In this document: one piece after another, positions 1 to 12,573 of the stretch
Layout: each line of letters opens with the position of its first letter
How positions within the stretch are numbered: the stretch's first letter is position 1
Assembly (NCBI RefSeq): GCF_001194135.2
Contig: NC_068986.1
Location: 79,481,756 to 79,545,207, forward strand
Direction of reading: 5' to 3'
Length of the DNA stretch: 63,452 nucleotides
Origin: Octopus bimaculoides
Taxonomy: Eukaryota
Position numbers and translations under genes: made by a program
The notes under the pieces: model-generated
What the model saw: the letters and a program-made list of their open reading frames with translations, nothing else
The model's database searches: none
Told to the model about the DNA's origin: nothing

Positions 1-130
1 ATATATATATATATAGTATAGTATAGTTGGCTAATTCGCAATTTAACAACCTAAGGGCAAAAACATATACGTCACAAAGTGACAAAATCACTCATCAGCA
101 CCAGTATTGTTACAAATAAGACCCAAACAT

Positions 131-262
131 CTCAGTAGCCACAAAAAGCACTATCTTAAATGACTGACAAGGGAATCATCGATGATCTGGATATATCTGC
201 TGCTGTAGGGAGATTGGTCCACTTGTCAGTCATTTAAAATAGTGCTTTCTGTGGTTATTGAG
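131..262. repeat. Foldback inverted repeat (41-bp arms, ~50-bp spacer), MITE-like
   Basis: 131-171 pairs with 222-262 over 41 positions with 2 G-T and 2 A-C mismatches. Confidence 0.8.
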
Positions 263-2806
263 TTAATTTGGCGCTTTTTTTCCATCAATACTGATGCTGA
301 TCGGCACTCTTTGTCACTTTAATGACGTATATATACATATACATACGCACACACATATATATACATGCGAATTTTAAATGAGTTAATATATATATATATA
401 TATATGTGTGTGTNNNNNNNNNNATATATAGCGAGAGAAAGAGAGAGGGAACGCACACGCACACACACACAAACACACTATTTTAAATGATTGTACTGTT
501 CAAATAATTTTTTTTTCCACATATCTCTTTGGAAAATTCGTAAATCAAACCGAATAAATATTTACCTGTATGGTAGTTTGTAAATTCCTCTGTCAGAAGG
601 TAAGGAAAATTAGAAGCAGAGTACCTATTGCTTTTGCAATTTCAGATAAAGAATCAAAATTGACTCGCTAACTCAGATTTCCAAGGAATTTGATTCTTGC
701 TCTCAATAACTCTCTACTAAATATTGATTTATTTAGATTGAGGTCCTATATTTACAGGAAAGAGAATATGGGAAGAAGCAACTTTAAGAGCATTATAATT
801 GTAAGTAAATCGAAATCATTTTAAATGAAATTTGAAACTATTGTAGTCTCTGTTTGACGAGAACTTATATCTTGTTCTATAATTCTCAATAGCATTCTAT
901 GATAATTTTTTCTCGCGAAAATTGTAATTTTGTTAGTTGCTTGTGTGCAGTCCATTCACTCAATCGGCAAAGGAGATGACAGTTAATGTCTTGAACAATT
1001 ATGACACTCCATAATTCAATTTCGTTACATTAGTCACCGCACCAAATGCTGAATTGGGTCTTAATAATCCTTTTAAAAACCTCAAGAATATTCTTATATC
1101 ATAGTACCATCCGCGCGACAATGATAACTGAAATATATCAGTTATAACATGACGACGATTTCCGAGGAGGACAATTGTAATTACTAGATGAAACGAGATT
1201 TTAGGGAAGTGTCACTACATGATAGAAGCTAAGTCTCCTCACCTATGTTGCTCATACCCTCGATAAAAGTATGGCAATTATCTCACCCGTTCCCCGCCAA
1301 ACTCTGAAATTATAGGACATCACAACCTAGTAAGAAAGATATGAATACGCCAGGTAAAGAATTTACGCTACTTAGTTGTGTTTATTAATATAAATTACAT
1401 ACATGACAAAATTTCTTTCCTTTCTCGCAAGATCAATATGGCTCCATTATAATATCTGTTATAATGGTGGAACTAATATTACTTAAGCATAATTTCTTAT
1501 TGCGCATTTTCCTTTTTATCCTTATACCTGTGTTACTATGAATAAAGCCTCGGTATTTGTGAGAAACTTATAGCGTGTTAGCAGCGAATATACATTCATC
1601 TGTGAAGCTTTAAGTGAAATATAAATGGTTTAAGAGAATAATGTTAATAGAGGAAGAAAATTATTTTAATTTATTTACGAGAAAAGTGATAAATTATAAG
1701 TGAAACGAGCCTATTTGGAATTTATATTTGATACTTTTACATCTGATATGCAGTCAAAACAAACATCATTTAACCTATATTAACGAATTATGACATCAAA
1801 CGACAAATGTGAACCAGTACAAGGAGGTGAGGGAATGATATAACGTAACTGTTTATTTTTTCTTCTCAAGTTTAAATGCATTAATTCTAGAGATATATAT
1901 TTGTACTCCACCTTAATTAGATACATTTTCCCAAAAGTTTGCTCCTGTCTTATTTATTTATTTATTTATTTATTTTCATTTTCCTTTTTAAATTATGGGC
2001 TAACTTGGACTATACCGGAAAGAGCCAAAACCACATTAATGATTCTTGTTTAAAAGTCGCTTTTTTATAAAATGCTCATGTATAAAGCAATCACGTATAT
2101 TACAATCATACTTCTATAAATATACAATGTTGTATGGAGAAACATTTCGTTTCTATGTATTTCAATGGTTATTAAAGTACAAGAAACAGTTTTTAAAACT
2201 GGTATCAAGAAATTATTTCGGAAAACTGAAACTCGAATTCTGTATATTTCACTGACACTTTTAATTTCTTTCCAACTAGCGATCATATTCCATCTGACCA
2301 CACCTAGTGTCAACATAGATTTTGTTGTTTACGATCAAAACTAATCATATAAATGAAATACCCCGTAGTTATTCATCCGACAAGTATAATGTTCTAAATT
2401 ATCTCCACAATTCTCCTGATTCCTAAAATAACCTTTAAACATGTTCATCATGTAACCCTACAGCAGATAACAACATAATCAGATGCCGATGTCAACATTA
2501 CGTCGATACCTAATATTTCAGAGGAGAGGGAAAACATATACGTACACACACGCACGCACGCGCACGCACGCACACACGTACACACATATATATATGCACT
2601 TATGTATGTAACTATGTATACACGTATATAATCTTCCTTCTTGTAACGGTGTTTTCATTGATTGTTTTCAGATGAGATACTATTTTCGTTGTATTATGCT
2701 TCAATAGCAGGATTAAAGCAAGTGCAGAGACCAGCTCTTTTAATTCAAACTCACGATAAAATACCATTGCCATTCAGCTTGATTTTCTATTCTGTTCCTC
2801 TATCTG

Positions 2807-2935
2807 TGTGTGTGTGTGTGTGTGTGTATGTGTGTGTGTGTGCGTGTGTATGTGTGTGTGTGTGTGTGCGTGTGTGTGTGCGCGCGCGTGTGTGTGCCTG
2901 TCTGTCTCTCACTCTCTCTCTCTTTCTCTCAGACA
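2807..2935. repeat. (TG)n/(CG)n/(CT)n compound microsatellite
   Basis: Direct reading. Confidence 0.95.
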
Positions 2936-2989
2936 GCAAACGTCCTGTAGTAGGATTGATTTATGAATGAAATACAAAACTTTATGTCA

Positions 2990-3270
2990 GAAGACAAAGG
3001 AGCAGGAAGAAGAAGAGGGCGGAGGGGAGGTGGGAAAATAGGAGGAAGATGACATGGAAGACGAAGGCGAGGAAGAGGACATGGAAGACGAAGGCGAGGA
3101 GGAGGAAGACGAGAGGAGGTCGAGAGGAGGGAACAGGAAGGGTAGACGTGAAGGACATGAAGAGGGAGACGAAGAGGAGAGGACGAAGTGGGGGTGGAGG
3201 ATGGAGAGGATGAGTTGGGGTGGGATGAAAGTTGTGATGGTGATGGTGGTTGTGCTGACAGTGGTGTAAT
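2990..3270. repeat. Purine-rich GGA/GAA low-complexity tract with a short internal duplication (gacatggaagacgaaggcgagga x2)
   Basis: Direct reading; accounts for the acidic and Pro/Ser-rich spurious ORFs here. Confidence 0.85.
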
Positions 3271-3848
3271 GTGGGTGGGATGTCGTTTGGTGGTGAAGTA
3301 ATCCTTCAATGTAGAATGAAATTTAACATAATCATTAAGGCAAAGCTGTCAAACAAAAAAATTGTTTTAAGTCATCATTTTAATTATGGATCAGGCACTA
3401 GTCTTCATAAAGGGCCTTGTACCCTGATTAAACCATTTACGATGGAGAAATAACTCAATTATGCCTTCTTTTTATCCGAAATTTGTAACGTGATTAGTGT
3501 TACGATAAATAGCACAGATTCGATGACCTGGAGTTGCTAAAAGCAATATTACACTTTAAAATTGTGTTAAATCCACGACTGGGAATTAAATCGCTTCTGC
3601 ATAATTTTACCGAAGATTCATATTTTATCAACACCTGATGGATGAAATGTAAAATCAATTCCAAAGGGATTTCATCTTAGAACACAAAGGNNNNNNNNNN
3701 NNNNNNNNNNNNNNNNNNNNNNNNNNNNNNNNNNNNNNNNNNNNNNNNNNNNNNNNNNNNNNNNNNNNNNNNNNNNNNNNNNNNNNNNNNNNNNNNNNNN
3801 NNNNNNNNNNNNNNNNNNNNNNNNNNNNNNNNNNNNNNNNNNNNNNNN

Positions 3849-3900
<52 letters not shown>

Positions 3901-3920
3901 CACACAAACACACACACATA

Positions 3921-4804
3921 TATATTAATCATAAGGCCACATTAAATTGTCTACCTGCTAGAAATAAGAGTCAAAACTCTTATTTGGACCACCAGAATAA
4001 TTTACACTGAAAACAACAGATTCAACGGTAAACTAGCAGATCGAAAAAATCTCTCACTTGCCAATGTAGCATAAAACTATATATTTACTGGTCCAAGTAT
4101 ATTTGTGGACCGATTTCTGGTTTGAGACAAAGATCTTTCCTTATTCGGCATATCTTAACCCTTTGAAATATTATTCTAATCTGCCAAATTGATATCTACT
4201 GGCATTCTTAATTGCTTAGCGCCAAAATGCGGAGAGCCGCATTGTGAATAGTTCTAATCAGCAGCAAAATATTCGGAAGTGAATATTTATAAGATATTAA
4301 TATTTCTATTATTAACGGAGGCAATATAATTAGTTGATAATAATAGAAATTTTGCTGCTGATTAGTAATTTTCACACTGAGGTTGTCCACATTTTGGAGC
4401 TAAGCAATTAAGGACGCCAGCAGATATCAACATAGCAGATATCAACATAGCAAATTAGGATAATGTTTTAAGGGGTTTAGATGTGCTGAAGAACGTAAGA
4501 TCCTTGTCTCAAACCAGAAACCTATCCACAAACTAGAAACCGGTCCACCAGTAAATATATGGCTAGTGTAACTTATTTTGGTTGTCCAATTAAGAGTTTT
4601 GACTCTTATTCCTATCAGGTAGACACTTTAATGTGTCCTTATGATTAATATAATTTTAATTCTTTGGTTATATAATGCTATTTTTTAGACCTGCAACCAC
4701 ATATATTAATGTTTCTGTTATTAACAATTATTTATATTGCCTTCAATAATAATAGAAATATTAGTATCTTATAAATATTCACTTTCGAATATTTTGCTGC
4801 TGAT

Positions 4805-4805
<1 letters not shown>
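3921..4805. repeat. Rearranged inverted duplication of a repeat, possibly Penelope pLTR-like
   Basis: 3921-4010 is the reverse complement of ~4563-4652; ~4080-4165 of ~4467-4561; ~4257-4350 of ~4715-4805. Confidence 0.8.
4482..4548 (+). ncRNA. Degenerate type-I hammerhead-like motif (stem III ACCGGT)
   Basis: tgtg-CTGAAGA(4486-4492)...GAAAC-CG-GTC(4536-4545)-cac; stem I only 3 bp, stem II poorly paired; decayed sister copy at ~4100-4160 on the minus strand. Confidence 0.35.
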
Positions 4806-4844
<39 letters not shown>

Positions 4845-4956
4845 CATATGCGAGTAAAAATAAATACAAAAAGAAGGGTTTTGTATGATTGTGTATAGAG
4901 GAATATATTATTTTGTTTAAAAGTATGTATGTATGTATATAACAGATACGTTGGGG

Positions 4957-5038
4957 TTCAGAACAGCTGTTTCAGACGTGTTCGTTATTGATGAACAAAA
5001 ATGTTACATCATGAGTAAAATCGTTTTCTTCAGGTGAA
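4957..5038 (-). ncRNA. Type-I hammerhead ribozyme motif, long stem II, partly decayed
   Basis: Minus strand: ttcac-CTGAAGA-aaacg[inner hairpin]cgtct-GAAAC-AGCT-GTT-ctgaa. Stem I pairs 4/5 with the core-proximal pair broken; stem II base pairs 4/5. Confidence 0.6.
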
Positions 5039-5723
5039 TAAAAAGAAAATTTAACAATTAGAAGTTCTAACAAAATAGGACATGCTGTGAGACGACCCAA
5101 CCAACCCGGTTAAAGCTGGGAGAGTGAATAAGTGGAGCTATTACTAAGTTTATATTAATGAATTCGCTATAGAGATCAAAATAACAGGTAATAAAATGAA
5201 ACTAGGGATTATAAATAAAATTAACGTTGTTTGCAGTAGGGATGACAGAGGTGCTTTTGAAGCAGAGAACAAAAGTAAGAGAATAGATGAGTAGGGAGGA
5301 CGAGTACATGAACATATACACATACGTGTGTACAACTATATAATTGTAATTAGATGTGTAAATAAAAGACACGGCGCTTATGGGGAGAATATTTTTCATT
5401 ACGGTTGAATGAAGGTTACCGAATACCAGCGACAATATATTTTAACCCTTTGGTAACGTTCAGAAAATTTGATGCAACCCTAACTTTTTAGAATGAAGTA
5501 ATTTTAGAAGAGAAACCCTTATTGTCTGTTATTCTTTTGAGTCGTTGAAGCGCAGCGGTACCGAGGTATTCCTGATAAAAAGGTACACAGGCGTACTCAA
5601 TCTTTTAACGTAATCATCATTTATCCTTAAACATATTACATCGGAACTAGTGTGACTTCAATGTTTCAGAATTAATCAATTAGACAATATAATATAAAAT
5701 GAAATCCTTGCTAACATTTCATT

Positions 5724-5726
<3 letters not shown>

Positions 5727-5783
<57 letters not shown>

Positions 5784-5831
5784 NNNNNNNNNNNNNNNNN
5801 NNNNNNNNNNNNNNNNNNNNNNNNGAGAGAA

Positions 5832-5900
<69 letters not shown>

Positions 5901-5997
5901 AAGAGAGAGAGAGGGGGTAGAGAGAGAGAGAGAGTGAGAGAGAAAGAAAGACAGACAGACAGACAGACATACAGACAGCTAGACAGACAGACAGATT
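5727..5997. repeat. (GA)n then (GACA)n microsatellite, spanning a gap
   Basis: Direct reading. Confidence 0.95.
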
Positions 5998-6069
5998 GAT
6001 GTGGTTACTAATGTTACTTAGTGCAATATCAGTTCTGATTAAGAATATTAAGAATACCGACAAAAGATT

Positions 6070-6290
6070 ACTTTTTCTGGGATCATGTATCTAGGACTAC
6101 AATATTCAATGTTTCTTTCAGTTGTTTTCAGACTACAGAATGATTGCCGGGAGATATGGCTTCTATTTCTAGCAGATTTAGTGAATTCGTATAGACTTTC
6201 TTATTGACTGTTCTTTTGCCCTTAGTCAGCTCTGACTGAGCAGATATACGGCCAAAGACTTTCCAGCTCGGACCATCCCATTTTTTTTTG
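6070..6290 (-). mobile_element. SINE fragments (family with ctagaaatagcagcc...cagtcagagctgac body)
   Basis: Similar to pieces at ~13520-13600, ~40060-40190 and ~44740-44880; family assignment from recall. Confidence 0.5.
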
Positions 6291-6683
6291 TCAGCAGTAA
6301 TATATCCCTAACTACATTATACAGTATATCCTTCCACTTTTGAAGACTGCAGGATGTAAATGCAGGAGGACTGCTGTATCTTGCAGGTCGATTGGCTATG
6401 TTGAAGTTCCATTCAATGCTCGTCTAAAATGGTAAGTATAAATGCATGACATATTTTCTTTTATCAAATAGTTATTTGAAGAGGTACTAGTGCATCAAAT
6501 AAAATGCCTTACAGCACCTGTTCCCATTCTAAGTGCTCTGAGTTCAAGTCAGGTTAAATGAAACATAAGATTTCATCCCTTCAAAGTGCATATAGTTCTC
6601 TCTTTCTATGGATTTTTTTTTTTTTGCCAATCCCTTTTTCTACCACTTTCTCTCTGTAAGAAAACAAATGTGATCAAAACCTG

Positions 6684-6684
<1 letters not shown>

Positions 6685-6750
<66 letters not shown>
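6685..6750. repeat. (TA)n microsatellite
   Basis: Direct reading. Confidence 0.95.
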
Positions 6751-6754
<4 letters not shown>

Positions 6755-6929
6755 TAGAGGATATGTTAACCTCGTAAAGGGATGGTTCAATACTTTAGTC
6801 TTGAGGAATGAAATTCCCTTAAAACAATAGCTATACATTAAACATATAGTTTATATCCAGTTAAATCAAGAAAAGAAAATGGGGTGTAGGAAGTTAACAA
6901 TTATTTATTATTAACGAATTGCTCATCCT

Positions 6930-7260
6930 TACCCCTTACCACATCACATCACACCACTCCGCACACTAGCACTGATCACTCCCCAGCACACACACTAGCA
7001 CTGACCACTTCGCAGCACCTAAACCATCATCAATGTCACCAATCCCCTTCCACACGCACATAAACGCTCTCACATACACAAGCACGTGCACATTCGATTT
7101 GGGATCACCACTACTTTATCATCTCCACTATTTACGCTGATGATCCTGCAGATATTTACTTATGTAAATTTTAACAGGTGAAACCATGGTACGTAAATTA
7201 ATCGTTTTTTAATTTAGTATTTTTTCATTTGTCTTACTCGTTTACAGTCTGTTGTGTCGC
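6930..7260 (+). mobile_element. Non-coding CA-rich repeat ending in a hammerhead (putative Penelope-associated non-autonomous element)
   Basis: cacacacactagcactgaccacttc(g/c)cagc is shared with ~29864-29893 (minus); internal ~29-bp tandem duplication; hammerhead at 7130-7198. Confidence 0.55.
7130..7198 (+). ncRNA. Type-I hammerhead ribozyme, well formed
   Basis: Stem I atttacg/cgtaaat (7 bp perfect); CTGATGA 7137-7143; stem II t-cctg...cagg-t with inner atttac/gtaaat hairpin; GAAAC-CATG-GTA; predicted cleavage after 7191. Confidence 0.8.
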
Positions 7261-8448
7261 TGATTTTTCTACTGAGAACATACTTTTTCGTGGTTGGATG
7301 ATATGGCATCTATTTCTAGCATTCAGGAATCCACATTTGCTGGTCATTCCTCTTATTCTTGTATGTAATATAATTTTAATCTTCGGATTTTTTTAATATG
7401 CTAGACCACTGGTTTTAATTGATCAATATCAATTTCTACCCTCATTAATAAATTTTAAATAAATAATACATGTTNNNNNNNNNNNNNNNNNNNNNNNNNN
7501 NNNNNNNNNNNNNNNNNNNNNNNNNNNNNNNNNNNNNNNNNNNNNNNNNNNNNNNNNNNNNNNNNNNNNNNNNNNNNNNNNNNNNNNNNNNNNNNNNNNN
7601 NNNNNNNNNNNNNNNNNNNNNNNNNNNNNNNNNNNNNNNNNNNNNNNNNNNNNNNNNNNNNNNNNNNNNNNNNNNNNNNNNNNNNNNNNNNNNNNNNNNN
7701 NNNNNNNNNNNNNNNNNNNNNNNNNNNNNNNNNNNNNNNNNNNNNNNNNNNNNNNNNNNNNNNNNNNNNNNNNNNNNNNNNNNNNNNNNNNNNNNNNNNN
7801 NNNNNNNNNNNNNNNNNNNNNNNNNNNNNNNNNNNNNNNNNNNNNNNNNNNNNNNNNNNNNNNNNNNNNNNNNNNNNNNNNNNNNNNNNNNNNNNNNNNN
7901 NNNNNNNNNNNNNNNNNNNNNNNNNNNNNNNNNNNNNNNNNNNNNNNNNNNNNNNNNNNNNNNNNNNNNNNNNNNNNNNNNNNNNNNNNNNNNNNNNNNN
8001 NNNNNNNNNNNNNNNNNNNNNNNNNNNNNNNNNNNNNNNNNNNNNNNNNNNNNNNNNNNNNNNNNNNNNNNNNNNNNNNNNNNNNNNNNNNNNNNNNNNN
8101 NNNNNNNNNNNNNNNNNNNNNNNNNNNNNNNNNNNNNNNNNNNNNNNNNNNNNNNNNNNNNNNNNNNNNNNNNNNNNNNNNNNNNNNNNNNNNNNNNNNN
8201 NNNNNNNNNNNNNNNNNNNNNNNNNNNNNNNNNNNNNNNNNNNNNNNNNNNNNNNNNNNNNNNNNNNNNNNNNNNNNNNNNNNNNNNNNNNNNNNNNNNN
8301 NNNNNNNNNNNNNNNNNNNNNNNNNNNNNNNNNNNNNNNNNNNNNNNNNNNNNNNNNNNNNNNNNNNNNNNNNNNNNNNNNNNNNNNNNNNNNNNNNNNN
8401 NNNNNNNNNNNNNNNNNNNNNNNNNNNNNNNNNNNNNNNNNNNNNNNN

Positions 8449-8482
<34 letters not shown>

Positions 8483-8509
8483 CAATATACATATATACAC
8501 AGGTTTCTT

Positions 8510-8606
8510 TTTCTCTGATGAACTAATGCTTTTTTACGTAAATGCAAATTTAATTTACAAATTTGTATTTAAATTATTGAGCTTTAATCGAAACAGCTGT
8601 AAGAAG
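8510..8606 (+). ncRNA. Type-I hammerhead ribozyme motif, long stem II
   Basis: Stem I tttct/agaag; CTGATGA 8515-8521; 68-nt stem II with a 13-bp inner hairpin (taaatgcaaattt/aaatttgtattta) but a decayed base; GAAAC-AGCT-GTA; predicted cleavage after 8601. Confidence 0.7.
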
Positions 8607-8683
8607 TAGGGATGACAAATTAATTTATAATAAATAATTTTTAACTTCCTACTCTCCATGTTCTTTTCTTCCTTTAACTGGAT

Positions 8684-8721
<38 letters not shown>

Positions 8722-10289
8722 GTCACGTCATTATGATTCTGTCAAGACCTGACAGCCACGTCTTTAATGATATCCTCTGAAACAGCCAAGTAGTGTGGAT
8801 GACGCGGAAATCGTTCAACATAAAGATTACGGTAAGGATACACGTGTCTGCAGAATACTCGGCCACTGTACACTCTAAGCTATGACATGTACCCAAGGGG
8901 ATAAAATAATTAGTAATATGTAATGCTTTGCTTTGATAACTTTGGGCACTTGTTGCGAAATGGTCTTAGCATCATAATTTATCATCAAATGTACTACTTT
9001 GTGATTTGTTTCCTAATCGATAAACTGGGATTCATAAGCTTGGTATCAAATATTTAGGTTGCTTGAAGAAACTGAATATCTCTCTCTACATATCCAGGTC
9101 TACTCTACGGTTCAAATATGCCTTTTTTTCAAACTTTCGAATGTGTATTTCGGTAAAACAAACGTTCACTCTATTTAGATATATTGTCAAAACTTGTCAC
9201 GCTATATTTATATAGCATGTTTGCTCGTGTTAGAATATCACATGCAGTAATAGTAGGACAGTATGTCCCTAAGGTAACGGTCTGTTACTCACACATGTAC
9301 TTATCTGCAGATTTCATTGACCTCTACATATAACGGCCAACTGCTGTTTGATAGAACAACCATTATGTTCAGCTATATATAAGTCTGTGCTTCCCAGTAA
9401 GAAATCCCCCATACCTAACTCCAAGAGTAGTTGTGTGCTTATTTTATAGATGAAATAGGTCACATATTCATCGAATCTAAATCGGAATTCTTTCGGGATT
9501 GAGAAGTAGTTATAATTATGTTCCTTTCACATCGTTTCTAACTAAATCAGTATATATACATATATATATATATANNNNNNNNNNNNNNNNNNNNNNNNNN
9601 NNNNNNNNNNNNNNNNNNNNNNNNNNNNNNNNNNNNNNNNNNNNNNNNNNNNNNNNNNNNNNNNNNNNNNNNNNNNNNNNNNNNNNNNNNNNNNNNNNNN
9701 NNNNNNNNNNNNNNNNNNNNNNNNNNNNNNNNNNNNNNNNNNNNNNNNNNNNNNNNNNNNNNNNNNNNNNNNNNNNNNNNNNNNNNNNNNNNNNNNNNNN
9801 NNNNNNNNNNNNNNNNNNNNNNNNNNNNNNNNNNNNNNNNNNNNNNNNNNNNNNNNNNNNNNNNNNNNNNNNNNNNNNNNNNNNNNNNNNNNNNNNNNNN
9901 NNNNNNNNNNNNNNNNNNNNNNNNNNNNNNNNNNNNNNNNNNNNNNNNNNNNNNNNNNNNNNNNNNNNNNNNNNNNNNNNNNNNNNNNNNNNNNNNNNNN
10001 NNNNNNNNNNNNNNNNNNNNNNNNNNNNNNNNNNNNNNNNNNNNNNNNNNNNNNNNNNNNNNNNNNNNNNNNNNNNNNNNNNNNNNNNNNNNNNNNNNNN
10101 NNNNNNNNNNNNNNNNNNNNNNNNNNNNNNNNNNNNNNNNNNNNNNNNNNNNNNNNNNNNNNNNNNNNNNNNNNNNNNNNNNNNNNNNNNNNNNNNNNNN
10201 NNNNNNNNNNNNNNNNNNNNNNNNNNNNNNNNNNNNNNNNNNNNNNNNNNNNNNNNNNNTATGTTCATGACTGTATATACATGAATGTA

Positions 10290-10665
10290 GTGGAGGCGCA
10301 ATGGTCCAGTGGTTAGGGCAGCGGACTCGCGGTCATAGGATCGCGGTTTCGATTCCCAGACCGGGCGTTGTGAGTGTTTATTGAGCGAAAACAACTAAAG
10401 CTCCACGAGGCTCCGGCAGGGGATGGTGTCGAACCCTGCTGTACTCTTTCACCACAACTTTCTCTTACTTCCTGTTTCTGTTGTGCCTGTAATTCAAAGG
10501 GTCAGCCTTGTTACGCTGAATATACCCGAGAGCTACGTTAAGAGAACACGTGTCTGTAGAGTGCTCAGCCACTTGCACGTTAATTTCACGAGCAGGCTGT
10601 TCCGTTGATCGGATCAACTGGAACCATCGACGTCGTAAGCGACGGAGTGCCCACAACAACAAACA
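10290..10665 (+). mobile_element. Full-length tRNA-derived SINE with CAA tail and 13-bp TSD
   Basis: A box tggtccagtgg 10302-10312; B box ggtttcgattcc 10345-10356; tail caacaacaaacaa; TSD atacatgaatgta at 10277-10289 and 10666-10678. Confidence 0.9.
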
Positions 10666-12573
10666 ATACATGAATGTATATGAACTCCCATAATGAAGAA
10701 TATCTATATGCCGACTGACTGCATCCAACAGAAACGGATATTTACACGCTTGTGCTTTAGTTATTTCGTAATGTGGAATATGTCAGTTATATGCTCCAAA
10801 TTCTGGTTATATGAAGAACTAATGTGTTAAAACGAATCTTTCATTTTCGACGAATCGTTTGTGAGTACGATCGTATATGACTCCTAACATCACAGCTTTC
10901 GTATTTTTAGGAGAAATATATATCTCAGAAAGGAAAGACAGATTTAAATTACAACCCAGTGAATCTGTTAATCGCACATCATAAAACAACAAATATGTCT
11001 ATGAATGAGAATATGATATTAAGCATTTTAATGGCTTATTTTTCGCAACTCAGAAATAAATTCGACGTTACTCAATGAATGCGTCAAGCAATCAGGTGTC
11101 GGTTCCGATTTGGTATCCTGAAATAGTTTTTGAGTTAATGTCTAAAACAGAACGTTGAACTCTACTTCTTTAGTTGTGTAATAACATTGAATACCGGGAT
11201 GTTCAATAGTATGATGCCAAAGGAAAATGATAATTCATGATCACAGCAAATTAAATTATTATAAGACACTGCTGAAAGTATTAAACCTTATATTTGATAT
11301 ACATGCTAACATTGCCAATGAAAATAAATAAACTCCTGCTACTATGACTTTTGTTCGTAGGCAACAATAAATAACTCTAAGCATCCGTTCTCCTCGGTTA
11401 TCGTTTTATCAGCTGAATGCAGTATATCTGTCGATTTATTTAGAAAAGTATTTCCTCTTCTTTGTATGTCTTTCTTGTGGTGACCTAAAGTAACTCCTAC
11501 CGTAAAATAGCGCCACTATGGGATTCATCATAAAATTTTCAATAAATAAAACCAATAATTATATGTTCCAGTAGTTTCTTTCCATAATCTCAATAGCACG
11601 ATAACTGAAGTAAATGAAGTTATTTGCCCATCAGTTTATTTTAGTTAAGTACAAAAAGCTAAAAGAAAACAAACACTTAGCCAAATATATATACGGTTTC
11701 TACTTTATTTCATAAGTCGCAATAACCATCTAAGTTTTGTAAACAAGAAATTGTATAAGTCAGTAGCCAGAACAGCCTCATGTTTTAACCAACGATGACA
11801 CACAAGCCATTGAATCTTCAGCACACAATCGATTTGGTCAGCGCCGATTCCTTTAATAGTGTAATATCTCGGGAAGCTAAAACAATATTTTTTCTATGTG
11901 AATAAAAAAGTAAATATCTTTTTTTTCTATACTGATCTGAATAAACAATAAAAAGCTTTTAATATACTAAACTATGTAAACAATCTGAGAAACATTTTAT
12001 GTCATTTATTTCTTTTCTTTGTTGTTCTTACCTTCATTTTGTTTATTTATTTACTCTCAGTCTCATATTTCCACTTTTATGTTACTCTTTCAAAGTGTTA
12101 TTTTGAACATCTGTCTTCGTGAATTAATATGTTCGCTCCATGATCACACACTACATAGTTGTCTCGGAAATTATATATTCTCTTTTCAGCAGTTTGCATG
12201 TTTTTATTGCTGATCATAAATTCTAAATATCAATGCAAAAGTATTAATATTGATTACGTAAATAGTATGGGTCTTTCAGCTTTGGATAGACAACAAAAAG
12301 TGTTAGGCTTGAATGGTTGCCAATATAAATGAATATACACTATTATAATTTCTCATGGTCAACACCCAGCTATGTACTCGCGCTGATTTCTCTCGATATA
12401 GCTCTTATTCTGAGCGAAACATTACCTCTGTCGCATAATTTATCAATTCTTCTGCCTCAAAATTGCTTTTAAATCAGAGACGAACTATAACACTCCTTAA
12501 AATGAGAGTAAACTCCTTATGGAAGTTTAGTCGTGTATAGTGTGATGGATACTTTCAAATTTAGTCATTATAT

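Noticed and set aside
2929-3309. Acidic (+) and Pro/Ser-rich (-) ORFs
   Set aside because: Produced by the GGA/GAA low-complexity tract; no splice or homology support.
8860-9330. Possible LINE relic on the minus strand
   Set aside because: No diagnostic motif recoverable by eye.
10292-10365. tRNA gene
   Set aside because: The tRNA-like head continues into a SINE body with tail and TSD.
7445-10394. Long ORFs of 260-380 aa in the track (also 24.0-25.3 kb, 41.6-42.2 kb, 61.8-62.4 kb)
   Set aside because: They read through N gaps and dinucleotide repeats; artefacts.
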